Origin: Camelus ferus | Lineage: Eukaryota | NCBI RefSeq assembly: GCF_009834535.1 | Contig: NC_045696.1 | Span: 30,134,001-30,198,000, forward strand | Direction of reading: 5' to 3' | Length of the DNA: 64,000 nt | Shown: piece by piece, positions 13,265 to 25,735 of the stretch | Numbering within the stretch: position 1 is the stretch's first letter | Layout of the letters: the number at the start of each line of letters is the position of its first letter | Made by a program: the position numbers and the translations under genes | The notes under the pieces: generated by a model | The model's input: the letters and a program-made list of their open reading frames with translations, nothing else | Database searches by the model: none | Told to the model about the DNA's origin: nothing

Positions 13265-14002
13265 CTTTGTGGGTACAGAAAGGAAAAAAGTATTAATACT
13301 TTTATGTATATTTTTCCATTTTATTACATTATTTTATTGACTGTTTTCCAAATCGCCAACAGATAGATAAACATCTTCTGAATAGGTTAAGTGTTACTGT
13401 CCTTTATAACAGTAAAATCAGTTTTGATGTCACCTCAAGGAAGGGCATATTTATGCCTAAAATATTTATATTTGTTACTGGGATGTTAACACTGGCCCAG
13501 TTTCATACTATAAAGTAGAGGGCATGCATCTTCAGGAGTTTTAAGATTCTTAGTTCTTTTTTCTTCCCCGTATTTCCAGCCCTCCCCTATGGTACCCTTC
13601 ATTTCTCTCTGCTTTATTCTCTGTCAGTGTCTACTCTCAGGAGAAGATCTGAGAAAAAGTAAAAGTTTCATTCATCTCTTAAATGATATAAAGAACCAGC
13701 TCTTCCTGGAATACGAACATTTCAAAAAGGACACTTTAACTTTCAGTAAAATTTTGACCCTGTCAATATTTTAGATAGATTTTATCTGGAGGGTAGATAA
13801 AGGCTAGAGGGTAATAAGTAACATTATATGACCCAGGCCAGGCTTAAAATCAAAGTATGTCCCTTCTGAATAAGGGAGAAAGAAGAGATTTGTGTTTCAA
13901 TTCATGTCTGGCCTCTTCCTACTACATGAATGTTGCTGGTTGGTAGTTAAAACAAATGAGGCAAACACATGAGTTAACTAAGAACATATGGTTGCTCATT
14001 AA

Positions 14003-14043
14003 ACACACACACACACAGACACACACACACACACACACACACA
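14003..14043. repeat. (CA)n microsatellite with one interruption
   Basis: Directly visible. Confidence 0.95.
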
Positions 14044-14204
14044 GGAAAGAGCAAGAATGTGCTAGAAGATAATGATACCATTTGGAATCCTGGATTCAAC
14101 CATACCTGTATATCCCAGTTTCTCTTCCCCAATCATCATAGTCATCATCACCTTAAATAAAATGAACAGACTATAGACATAATCAGACTAAATTCTTTCT
14201 GCGA

Positions 14205-14295
14205 ATTTTCTTCCTGAAATTTCATAACAATCCAGGGAGAAGGGTTCTATTATTCTCTTTTAATAGATGGGAAAACAGAGGTCACAGAGTGTAAG
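14205..14295 (-). mobile_element. MIR SINE fragment
   Basis: CATAACAATCC...TATTATTCTCTTTTAATAGATGGGAAAACAGAGGTCACAGAG matches the MIR core. Confidence 0.75.
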
Positions 14296-14714
14296 TGACA
14301 GATGGCCTTTCCCAGCAAACAGCCCCCTCTATGGAGTTCAGCATTCAGGCTGTTTATTAAGGATGCTCTTGAGACCAGTATCTGTGGAAAGGAAGGGAAG
14401 CATGTACACATGGGCAGAGAGAGAAGTCAAGCTGCAGTGCAGACCTGAAGACAGTCTTGGAATTGTCTCTGGGAGCCCTGGGGCTATAACTCTACTTCAG
14501 AGAGGTGCTGTTGGAGCAAGAGATTGGTTCCTTATAGCTCACTTCATCATTGGGTTTGGGCCAGCTTGGGAAGAGGGTGGGACTTTAGACAAAGCAGATC
14601 TCTTCACTTGAGGCACTAACAATTGAAGGCTGCCGTCAGGGGCAGTCTTCACAGATGGGGCATCAAGTCCTCACTGAGGGGGGATCTGGGTGGTGTATCA
14701 CTGTGTCTACCACA
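14296..14714 (-). mobile_element. LTR16-like ERVL solo LTR
   Basis: Ends GGGGGATCTGGGTGGTGTATCACTGTGTCTACCACA (reverse complement of the LTR16-type start); flanks GTAAG/ATAAG resemble a 5-bp TSD. Confidence 0.75.
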
Positions 14715-17339
14715 ATAAGTACTGAATTGAGGACTTCACAAGAGGAACGAGGACACTAATCTTGACAGTAGGATTCAACAGCCACATCTCAACTATTAAC
14801 ATCCTGTTGCTTGTTTTTAGCCTAATCAGAATAGTGTTCTCATACTTGCAGCTGAAAGTGTCCTTGGTTATATTACCGTTTCTTTTTAACCTTCCTTACT
14901 AGTATTGTGTTGTGAATTCTTTAGAAAGTTATGCTTTTTGTGTAAGGAAATGTAATTGGGGTAACTTTGTTAAAGTAATAACTTCACTCCCCAAATCCAG
15001 CACAATTACTGCTTTTTGAGAAAGCTTTCCTGTTCTCCCTCCCAAAGTGAGTCAAGATTTTAAAACAATGTCTTGTGGAATCATCATCATTTCTTCAGAA
15101 CACTTTTCTCAGGATATGATGATCCATTTATTTGTTCGAGTATCTGGAAATGCTTAACAACAGCTCATTGTATGGGTGAATGAATTAATGAGTTTTTAAG
15201 AACTGATGCTATTATTACACATTATTTCCCCTCCCCTCATCTAAGAGAGCAAATTGTTGGGCTTTTTGGTGTGAGGGTCAAATGTGACAGTTACTTTTTA
15301 GCTATTATTTCTCAAGTTCTTTTTTTTTTCTGGTAAATTCACAATTTCAATACTGGTATGCAGAAAGATAATGCATTAGTTTGAGAGAAACTGGATATTT
15401 TTTTGAATAAATTAATTTATTTATGAACCAAAAGAAAATGCATCTGACAATAAATAGTTTTGGAATGACTTCATGCTTACTGAAGGGAAGATTGCTGAAA
15501 TAAGAACATTGGAGATGAGACTGAAAACAAGTATTAAATCCTTTTTCTGGTTACATAGATATGGGTTCTTTGTTAGCAAGTTTCAACAGAATTGATGTCT
15601 GTTATGCAACCTCAAGTTTAAATCTAGAATCATTTGAAATGTATGATATGCACCAGGCAGGTTTATATACTTTTTAAGAATAACTACAAAATCTTGCTAA
15701 AACCATTATACCTCAATGAGGGTAAACAGTTTTCACTGTTGATTTTTGAACATAGTTATCTCAATCATTTGGATTCTGGTTAAGTATTAGGGAAAATCAT
15801 ATGGAAATAAAAGTGAAATAGGAGAGTAATTACTGAACTATAAGTTACTGGTGCTAATAGAAGTTTTAAGAAAGTAGATTCATTGAGAGTTGCAACTATA
15901 GTTGACAATCTGATCTCCAAAGGAACAGATAGATACAGAAGCTTTATAAGGTTAATACATTAAGACAGATATAAAACTTGAAAATTTTGAATCCCACTGA
16001 GGCAAAACCAAAGGTTTGGAAAGACAAAACTAAGCTAATGTGAAAAAGAAGGACCTCAAAAGCTAACATAAGAGCAAGATTTTTTTTTTTTAAAAGAAGA
16101 AATTGAGAGATGACATTTTCAAAAAAAGGGTCAATAAACCATGAGAATGTATCCATATAACCATTTTGTCAATAAAACATTTAATCACAGAAGTTAACTT
16201 TTGTGTGCAAATAACACACAGTGCATAAAATAATATAGTATTTTTTAAATATATACAGTTATTGTAGAACATGTTGAAATTGCTGGTCCAATAGTAGTGA
16301 ACTTTTCACTTTCTAGTGCCTGGTCCCTTGTTTACCAAGAACAAATATTCTTCAGTCAATTGGTTAGTTCAGTGCTACCTAGTAATCCAGTGAATCTTAA
16401 AATTGACTCAGACCAGCTCAGCTAACTAAGCCTGAACACAGAGGGAAAAAATAAGAAAAGTTAGTTTGCTACACTAGGTTCTCAGCTGCAGTCTCTTATG
16501 TTTACTTTGATTAGGAGAAAGTATTCCTTATTTCTCCCTCTTCTTACCTGGCCTTATGCTTTGACTCACTCTGGTGAATGAAATTCAGCAAATGTCATTT
16601 TGCATTCCTTAACTGTTAGATCCCCCATGAGAGTCGCTCAGCTATATTGATTTTCTAAAAGTCCATCTGATAACCTGAGGGGGTCACTGATTTTGATAAG
16701 TCAGAGAAGTGATATTTTCAGATAAGAAATTACTTTGTTGCTTAAATTGAGTATTTCACGTATTAGAATATTATCAATTTCTAGTATTCATTAATCCATA
16801 TGAAGAAAGAGTAAGAAAAGGGGGACAGACAGAGGTAATTGATGATCTTTGCCAATTATTATTTGATACAGAATGGGATACTGAATTATATTTACTTATG
16901 CTTACCTAAAGCAAAAAAAAAAAAAAAAAGGAGTAATTCCTATGTCTCCATTAATTCTTTCTCAGGAAATATTCACTAACAATTTTGAGTCAGTGAAACA
17001 ATTGTTCATGTTATTTTCTAAGCAGACTTCTTTAGGAGTAATTTTACATCTTTCATTCTTTGATAGCTAATCTTAATTTTAAAAAAACATAAACAACAAG
17101 TAAAAACAAGAAAGCAGACAGACACAAAATCCCCCAAGTACATTCATAGAGTATGGTATTACTATATTTCAATTTTTATTTTAGTCTTACCAGATAGTTT
17201 GTATCCTACAATCACTTTTCTCAAAAATAGGCTAAATTGTTAATGTTTGGGGAAAAATGAACAATTTTCTGATACCATTTCTTATATGTTGCAAAGGAAA
17301 TTTGTTACCCTTAGCACAAGAATAGCCTTGGTATGTATC

Positions 17340-17735
17340 AAATAGCCCTATACATCATTGAACTTCTTGATCTTTTTGTGGCTTCTGTTATTTCCTAATC
17401 TCCCTTATTATGTGACACAGAATTATTCCCTCTTCTTTTCCTCTTGCCATCTGTTAACTGGCTCATTCTCTTTGTCCTCTCCACTTAGGAGTTGTTTCCC
17501 AGGATCTTCCTAAAGACTCACCTTTTCACCAACAAAACTCTCACTGTTTGCAACATCACACAGCTTGTGATATAAAGAATACTTCCCTATCCTTACAAGT
17601 CCAGGTATTTTTCAACTGTGGCCTCTCTCTGAAGTTTCTACCCAACATTTGAAAGTATTCATTGGAAATACCCATTTTGAATCTTACCATAATTTACATT
17701 AATGCCTCTGGCACTGAATGAATCTTCTCTCTGTC
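17340..17735 (+). mobile_element. L2 remnant
   Basis: Pyrimidine-rich L2 RT-like text (CCACTTAGGAGTTGTTTCCCAGGATC...CTCTCTCTGAAGTTTCTACCC). Confidence 0.5.
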
Positions 17736-18621
17736 AACTTTGTTTGTTTGTTTGTTTTCAGTGCTTTTTATTTATATTAGTAGATCATTTTCTTATTGTA
17801 TTTTCCATATTGTATTTTCTTTTTTTTACATGGGACAGGAAATATGTATACATATTTATAGTATTGATTGATTTTAAATAAGCAATTACAGTCTCAGTCA
17901 GATAAGTTAATAGATCTGAAGATGAGAGAAGAGAGATTGAAATCAGTATGTGCTTGTTTTGGGTAAGTTTTGGAGACTTTATAGAAAAGAAAAAAGACTT
18001 GAATATATGATGCAAAAGTTTTTATAACCTATGATAAATTACACAATGAGTTTTATAATAAATTACATTTGCATTTTTTTTAAAGAGCAGTCAATATTTA
18101 TAATGCTTTTCAAATCCTTGTTAGAGTTTGACCTGGTGGGCATTCCTTTAAGTTTTACATGAAGCTCAGACTAGACTGCAGGTAGCGAGGCTTTACTGGG
18201 ATTACATTTATTTGGCTCATTTTTCTGTCATTTTTAAAATAAAAACTTCCTTAAAGTTGGAATTTTCTTCATTATATTCTCCTTGGGATATTTAGTCTTT
18301 AATATTTGTTGAGCAGAAAATAAATGAGTGAATCCAGACTTACATAACCTCTTCAAAGCCAGAACTTCATATATTTTTGTTGAAGCTTACCTCTATCTTT
18401 CATTTTGAAATGTATTTCAGTGTTGACATCTGCTTAGTAGCCTAAATTGAGTTTATCTGAATTTATTATCTTCTATTCTCTCATAAAAACTCCTTTCTGT
18501 TTAATTCATATAACATTTCTCATTACTGACTTTGTTCTTTAGTTTTGTGCCTTTATTATAAAGGGCATGTTGAACCAGCTAAGCTATTCTGGAGCCCTTG
18601 ACTAGAGCTGGGATGACATAC

Positions 18622-18675
18622 CTGCTTCTTCCTCCTTCTTTGGTTCTGGGGATTTTTCTGCTGGCTAGCTTCTGT
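18622..18675 (-). other. Candidate 54-nt internal exon
   Basis: tttttacccctttcaag|ACAGAAGCTAGCCAGCAGAAAAATCCCCAGAACCAAAGAAGGAGGAAGAAGCAG|gtatgt: good acceptor and donor, GAA-rich (ESE-like) body. Confidence 0.45.
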
Positions 18676-18989
18676 CTTGAAAGGGGTAAAAATATTTGAA
18701 ACATGATTACACTTCCAAGAGCTTTATAACTAGTCTGAAGATTACTGGATTGAAGTTGTGAATCATTTAATATCAAACCAACACTGAAAATAGTCTCTTT
18801 GACTATCTGAAGTACAGAAATAGACTAAATCATGCTTAAGAATAAGTGGCAATAGCTTTCCTCTCTAAGAACAAGCAACTTGGGAAAGAACATCAACTGG
18901 TTTTCATTCAGTGAACTCTTGGCTTTGGCACAAGTTCTACTTCTACAATAGGCAGAATATCCAGTTCAACTTGTTGTCATTCTTTAATA

Positions 18990-19055
18990 CAGTGGCTTTC
19001 ATGTTTTCTTGACTATTTCTTACTCAAGTATATTCACTTACAGTATACATGAGAT

Positions 19056-19103
<48 letters not shown>

Positions 19104-19292
19104 AAGCAGAAGTGTCATGAAGCCACAGTTGCAGTTACTATGATTCACTCTATTACTTATTCTATATTTAACATATTATTATTATGAAACTAAAAATTAT
19201 TATTATTGTTAGTAGTAGTATAGGTAACATTTGCTACTGAATTTATTTCATAGGCCATGAGAAGTTCATGAGCTACACTTTGAAAAACATTG
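18990..19292. mobile_element. hAT-Charlie non-autonomous element containing a (CA)n tract
   Basis: Imperfect terminal inverted repeats CAGTGGCTTTC ... GAAAAACATTG. Confidence 0.6.
19059..19101. repeat. Perfect (CA)21 microsatellite
   Basis: Directly visible. Confidence 0.95.
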
Positions 19293-19959
19293 CCATACAC
19301 AGAGAACTCTGATGTAATTGGTTTCAGCAGCAGATGAGATGGAGAACAGACAAAAAGGAGGCTAGGGTAGGCATGAGTGGTATCTACATTCTGTTATTCT
19401 TTGAGGTACTACATATCTATGTTAAATTACCCTGTGCTTTTTAGCTTTACAAAACATTTGAAAATAAAACTTTTAAGTTGGGAAATTCTACCCTACTGCA
19501 ATAATCATCATCCCCAGTAGGACATTTATACATCTGAATAATATTTCACACTTTGCAGTGTTAAATATTGGCAAATTATATTTTGTTACACATTTCCTGG
19601 TAGTATATGAATTACTTCCATCAGAGTGAACAAAGGAAATATTTTATAGAATAAAACTTGGCTTTAACTTTTTAACATTTTTTAATGTATACTTTAAAAA
19701 CAAATGTTTACATCAGACTGAAAAAATGTGATGCCTAGTGTTCAAATCTCAGTTGTAGAATTCTAAACTTACGTTAATAAAGATGTAATTTTCAGGAGAA
19801 AATAGATTTACTCAACTACGTTCTTTAAAAAAGCATTATAACTCATTATGTATTGTTAATTTCTGTTTCCAACATCTAATAGGAAAGAGGGTGGGGATTG
19901 TTAGAGTCACAACTTCATTAACATCCTCAAAATACATAAAGTACATTAAATTTTTTTTC

Positions 19960-20210
19960 CTTAATAGTCTTATTCTAGAATCTAGGTCAAGGTGGTTAAC
20001 TAACTTCCACCAGAATGCCAGTTCTGGTGAGTGTGCTATGAGAGCCAGATGGAACATGCAATGCTTCTTTTGACTTCGTATTAGCAATCCCAGAACATCA
20101 CTTCTGCCAAATTTCATTGGTATACTGAGTCATAAAATGGAGAGAAATTAGATCTCACCTATTGATGGGCTTAAAAAAAAGAATTGTTTCCCATTTCAAT
20201 TTAACATACA
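19960..20210 (-). mobile_element. MLT1 (F/G/H-like) MaLR LTR fragment
   Basis: AATCCCAGAACATCACTTCTGCCAAATTTCATTGG...AGATCTCACCTATTGATGGG. Confidence 0.6.
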
Positions 20211-22609
20211 TATCAAAAGGGTTCAAGAAGGTCCCATTCTTAGTCTGGTTCTAAATATGGTTCTAAGTCTAGAGTTTATCTTTCTCCTTTCCATATTCTT
20301 TTTTCCCTTCTTTTTCTTCCTCTGCTATATGTTTAAGGATCTCTTAGTAATTTATGACTCTCCTGAACCTTTTTGTTTCCTTTCTAAATTTTGTCTAAGT
20401 TAATCTGACTAAATTAATTAGTCTAAATTAATTATTCTAAAACCTAACATTACGTCTTCCCCTTCCCTACATTTCATTAAAAATGTCTTTGTTCACTCTG
20501 GGGAAGAACCAAACTTGTTCCTCCAACTTGCCCCAAATCCGAAGTCACTTGGCATAGCCCAGTCACTGTTGTTTTCTGCATGAGGATCATCTTCTAGTCT
20601 TTTTGTCTTTGTGGTTTATATCATTTTAAAGATTTTCTCTATAATTTAATTTATGTCTTGATTTAATATGACTCTAAATTTGAGATCCCAGGGTAAAATT
20701 ATAAACGGGGTTCAACATTCCTTGCAAACCTAGAGGAAGCTATGCTAGTATCAGCAATCTTAGCAAAACTAAAAAAACAGGAGAAAATGGGGCAAAGCGA
20801 AGCACAGTCAGGCAGGTATCAATAGTCAGCCATATTTCCTCACTCAGATTTTCTTTTTCCTTTGCACTTCTCTATCAAATCATACCAGACAGTTTTTAAC
20901 AGGAGATGCTATCTGTCTTCCTTGTAAATTTCTTATACTTACTCTCTGTTGTCTGAAGCCATAGTCACCTACATGTCTTATATTGTTTCCTTTTAAAGTT
21001 TGATGTTAAATTTGGATGACTTAAATTCTGGTTACCCAGTCTATTCCATTGGTGTGGAAAAGAAACATTAGAATTTATCTTTACATCAACATTTTGACTT
21101 AAAAATCTATAATTATCCTTTATCAGTAAGTTACATAAATGTCAATGCTGTTGCCTGTGTCACACGAAGTATCAAAGGCATCCCGAGGGATGGTTGAGGT
21201 TTTCACAACACAGAGGGATTGACAGTGATGCCTCCACCCTTTTGTTTGCTCTAGGTGTGTTTCTATGTATTATAACTGAACTGTGTCCATTGAAGAGGGT
21301 TTTATATGTATATTACATATTTTCAATGAAATTATCATTATAAAGTGTTAATGTTGTCTTCAGTGATTCCTCTGGGTACCAGACTGAGTCAGCATAGTTA
21401 AACAAGAAATAAGCAGATCTAACATTACACCCAGCACTATTTATGAATTTAGCCAGTATGTCATTAATATACATTTTATAAACACAGTGCTATCTGACAA
21501 GAATTGAGTGCCCAAATAGCAATTCTCAAGAGGGTTATTGGATATTTTTTACAGCTGCAAAAGTTTCCCTAAGTGTAAGTGGAATTTTAGCTAATGATAA
21601 CATCATGTATAGCTTCATATTTTAAAATATTTCTTTACTCTTTCCTATGCAATAATTTTAATTTCTAAATTTGTATATATTTATAATGCACATGATAGTG
21701 TTTTATGAAAAAATTATATCAATTAATATAATTTTATATAAATGATGATATTTATAGAGATATAGTGTGTGTGTGTAAACATTTTATACTGAAATTATTG
21801 GTAATTTTTAAAGTTTTGATAACTGGCCTTTAATTCTTTGAAATATTTTTATAGCCCTTAGCAATCTGGTTCTATGTGACCAATATAAGCCTAGGGGTTT
21901 TTACATCACAGTGTAAAATGCTTTTTTCCTCTATCCATTGGTGTTTTATTTCCAGTGGTATTTTTCAATCTTCTGTATATTTGTCTGCATTGCAAGACTT
22001 CAATGTTCAGTAAATTCAATCTTAATTTTATCCTTAACTACTTTGCTACATTTTGGTCTTTTCTTAATCCCTATAGCATAAAGTATATTTTTAGACTCCT
22101 AAGTCTTTTATTGTTGTTTCCAAATCTTCTCAACTAGATTGTAAACTCCTTGAAGTTAGAAAAAAAAACATTTTGAATGTGAAAAATATTCTGAAAAGAA
22201 GCAGAACAGGGAATAAGCTAAGGTAAGAGAAAAAAATGCTCAAAATCTAAGGGGTATTATAAAAGTGCTCTTATAGTTTACTAATACATTTCAAATTTAG
22301 GGTTCAAACATGTAACAGCTTGAAAATTAGCCTTGTTGGACCGCTCATACATTTAAATCACATTTCAGAGTCAGTGAAGGAAAACATTCCTCTTGTTCAG
22401 ACTATGTACCAAAAAACTATTTCCTATGTTTAGCTACATTAAAATGTCCTAGGTAATTTATTCTGATGTGAGTTGTATAATAAATAAAATCTTTTATAGA
22501 CTGAAATGCTCTTATAGAACTCTTGGTAATATAGACTGTAAGATAATGGGAATACCAGCTTAGAAGGACATTGAATATGCTCTCCAAAGTACTTTAAAGG
22601 TGCCAAGAG

Positions 22610-22870
22610 CGTTTGATAGTGTAGTGGTTAAGGGCTCTCACATTGGAACCAGACTGGCTGGTTTCAAGGCCCATTTTTCCTGCTTCCTAGCTGTATTCCC
22701 AATGGCAGTAACTTATCTGTGCCTCACTTTCCTCATTTGCATTTACAGTGATTGCTAGCTCATAGATAGGTTTGTTGTGATAATTAGACAAGCATATTTA
22801 GGTTAAGCACTTAGCTCTGAACCTGAGGCACAGGAAAAACTATAAAGTGCTAGGTATGTTTAGTACTGTT
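22610..22870 (+). mobile_element. MIR SINE
   Basis: GTGTAGTGGTTAAG...CCAGACTGGCTGGTTTCAAG...CTGTGCCTCACTTTCCTCATTTG...AAGCACTTAG. Confidence 0.8.
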
Positions 22871-24199
22871 ACTCTTCTAGTCCTTTTTCTAAGTCTGGTG
22901 CCAGTTTCAACTGAGAAATCAGTATTCTCAAAGACTCAAAGCTAGATTGTGAGCTTCTGAGTGCAGGAGATAGTGTGCATTAATCCCTTTTTAATCCCCC
23001 CACCTCATTGCCCAGCAGGTGGTTTATGTAATGTGTGACATCACACACACAGAAATAAGCAAACCGACAGCCCTCTTTAAACAGTACTTTCTGAAGTAGG
23101 CTCCTAATAATTGTTGTCAGCATCCAATTGGTATAGGTATCTATAGTTTATCTGGAGGGTTTAGTTGATTCAGAACTTTATGATGACAATACAGATTTTT
23201 TTTTAAAGTCATGCTATACTCTAAAATCAGCTTTATATAATACACAGTATAACTTTACTACTTTATTAATTTCAGCATAACAACAACAAATTACAGATTC
23301 TGTGCAGTGGTATGCTAATAAAATTTCTCACACTCTTCTCAGTAGTATGATTTCCCAATTTGTTCTTTGGAAATCCTTAAGCCAGTATGGCTGGAACAGT
23401 AATATTCTTGTCCAGTGCACAATGACCTTTTTCTAGAATTCCTCAAATGCTGCCAGTCTTTCTTTAAGTGTATTACACTGAGGTCACATTTGCCTACACC
23501 AGCGTCCTTAATGTTATATGGGAGAACAACATCACTGCTAAAGAGGATTTTCCTTCTTACATGGTATACTGCCTACTGCTAAATTCTAGCTTTGCTTCTA
23601 TATCCCAGGAAGGATAACTGGAGCTGTGGCACTGTCTATCTCTTTTGAGTTGAATATTGTGAATTGAAGCAGTGTATACATCAACATGTCACAGGACAGT
23701 GTGGGATGGGGGGATGTTGCTGTTTTTTTTGGGGGGGGGGGATAGAACATCCTAATTGGAATGTGAAGTGAAAATGACTTCCCATTTGCCAAAGCCATGG
23801 ACGGCATATACTTTTTGGCAGTCCTGATTATAAAGCTTCATTGGCGGGATGTCTCAGGACAGTTAGCGTTTAACCTCTCCACTCCTCATATAGAGGAGGG
23901 GCTGCCTTTGTTTTTAGCAAAGTACTCAATACATATCTTTTGAATTAATTACCGTGGATGTTAAGACATTTACTTCCCTATCCAGTGTGAACTGACAAGT
24001 GAAGCAGTATGAAATATAATGAAGAACAGTAGAAGGCAGTATAAAATATTATAAAGAATCACTGCCAAGTGTACAGAGGACTAAGACATTTAAAATTGGT
24101 ATAGAGAGATATATGAAATTTATTTTCACTTTGTTTGTATTCCCTCACTATAGTACTTTGAATATTGTATTGCATATAGTCTGGCTTAACAGTGTGAAT

Positions 24200-24880
24200 G
24201 AAATGAATAAAAAGTTTAATGGTTTCCACCTCAAAATGCACCAGCTTAAAAGATTATTTACTATGTTCATGAGTCTATGGTTCACTTGGCTTGTTGTTCT
24301 TGCCTTGGCTGAGCTCATTCAAGTCTGTGGTCAACCTTGTTTTGTGTACAGCTCTGCTAATTCTGGAAGGGCTATATCATATGTTTAAATGTCAAGTTAT
24401 CTTTAGATTAATCTATGATTTCCTCATCTGTGACAATCAGACTCTTCTCTACATCATCTCTACATTCCAACAGGCTTTCCTGGGCTTGTTAACTTGGCAA
24501 TGTTCTGGGTAATAGTATATTAAGAACTTTGAGATCCCTGTTTGGAATTTCTAGGTAAAGGAATGTCAAATATCTTTAGACTAGTCTATGATTTCCTCAT
24601 CTTTGACAATTAGACTCTTTTCCACATCATCTCTTATATCCCAGCTTTCCTGGGCTTGGCAGTGGCTGGTTCTGGGTAAAAGTATATTAAGAACTTTGAG
24701 ATCCCTGCTTGGAATTTCACACAAATATTATATTGGTCAAAGCAAGCCACAAGTTTAGCCTATATTCAAGGTTTGGGGAAATGTACTCTTTCTATTGATG
24801 ATGTGGTTTGAAAGTTACATTGAAAAATGGCTTGGATATGAGAAGTATTGAGGTGGTTTTTTTAATGTTTATTACCATAA
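24200..24880 (-). mobile_element. MLT1 (F/G/H-like) MaLR LTR with an internal tandem duplication
   Basis: CCACCTCAAAATGCACCAGCTTAAAAG...ATTGGTCAAAGCAAGCCACAAG...TATTCAAGG. Confidence 0.65.
24388..24718. repeat. Two-copy ~170-bp tandem duplication
   Basis: 24388-24551 and 24562-24718 align along their length (AATGTCAA...TCTATGATTTCCTCATCT...GCTTTCCTGGGCTTG...AGTATATTAAGAACTTTGAGATCCCTG.TTGGAATTTC). Confidence 0.95.
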
Positions 24881-25519
24881 CTTTAAGAAAATGTACTAAA
24901 ATATCTATTTCACAATTTATGCTTTATCTTTCTTCTGTTAGGAAAACTAGTAAAATAAAATATTTTTATTGCTATCCTTAGCTATACATCTGATTTTTCG
25001 AGAGCCTATTACATAGTCATTTGACATTTTAGAGTTGTTGTTCTGCCATTAAATCATTAAATTAATATGTATTATCTATGAAGAGAATGCTATTGGCTTA
25101 TTTTTCAAACTGAAGGAAGGGTTCCTTGAGAGTACATAAAATATTGCAAGGGATAAATGGGCAAGATAGTATCAATAAGATAACTTTCTAAATAATCAGA
25201 CACAGTGGGAATTTCTGAATTCAGGCATGTTTTAGTAGTAAAGTACAGTGTCTTTCCACAAAAAACTTGCATATTGTTTGGAAAAAACCCACATACATAG
25301 TATTTTGCAAAGCTACGTAGCCTTATCTGTTGTTGGAGCATCAGGTGCATTCTGGAGGAAGCCTAGTGAGAAATGACATTGGGAATACTGATGTGTCATG
25401 GAGAGTTTGTATGCCTTAGTCATCTTAGAGTTTATCATGAAGAAGATGGGAAGACACCAATGAGTGGACTTGTAAAGTTTTATGTTCCAGGAAGGAAAAG
25501 GATGAAAACTGGAATTAAG

Positions 25520-25735
25520 TTAGCATTTGTCATGTTCAACCTCTGGTACATCTTGCCAAATTGTACCTTATTTTATTTTCACAGAAATCCCAGAGCTGAT
25601 ATCATCTCCAATGTACAGACAAGGATACTGAATCAGAGAAGGTAATTGATTTATCTAAGGGCATGCATCTAGCCAAAGTTTCTAAGATTTAATACATTTT
25701 TGTTTGATTCACTACTGTGTCTTCCACTATACTAG
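25520..25735 (-). mobile_element. MIR SINE
   Basis: TATCATCTCCAATGTACAGACAAGGATACTGAATCAGAGAAGGTAATTGATTTATCTAAGG. Confidence 0.7.

Larger units (their letters stand above)
13790..14852 (+). mobile_element. Old MaLR LTR (MLT1J/K-like) split by nested insertions
   Basis: Left part to ~14110 (GATACCATTTGGAATCCTGGATTCAACCATACCTG); right part ~14790-14852 (CTTGCAGCTGAAAGTGTCCTTGGTTATA). Confidence 0.5.

Noticed and set aside
14267..14611. 114-aa ORF
   Set aside because: Lies across the MIR/LTR16 junction; repeat-derived.
23700..23742. G-rich run as a possible G-quadruplex
   Set aside because: G-tracts are present but mostly a homopolymer next to a T-run; no functional context, and length may be affected by slippage or assembly.
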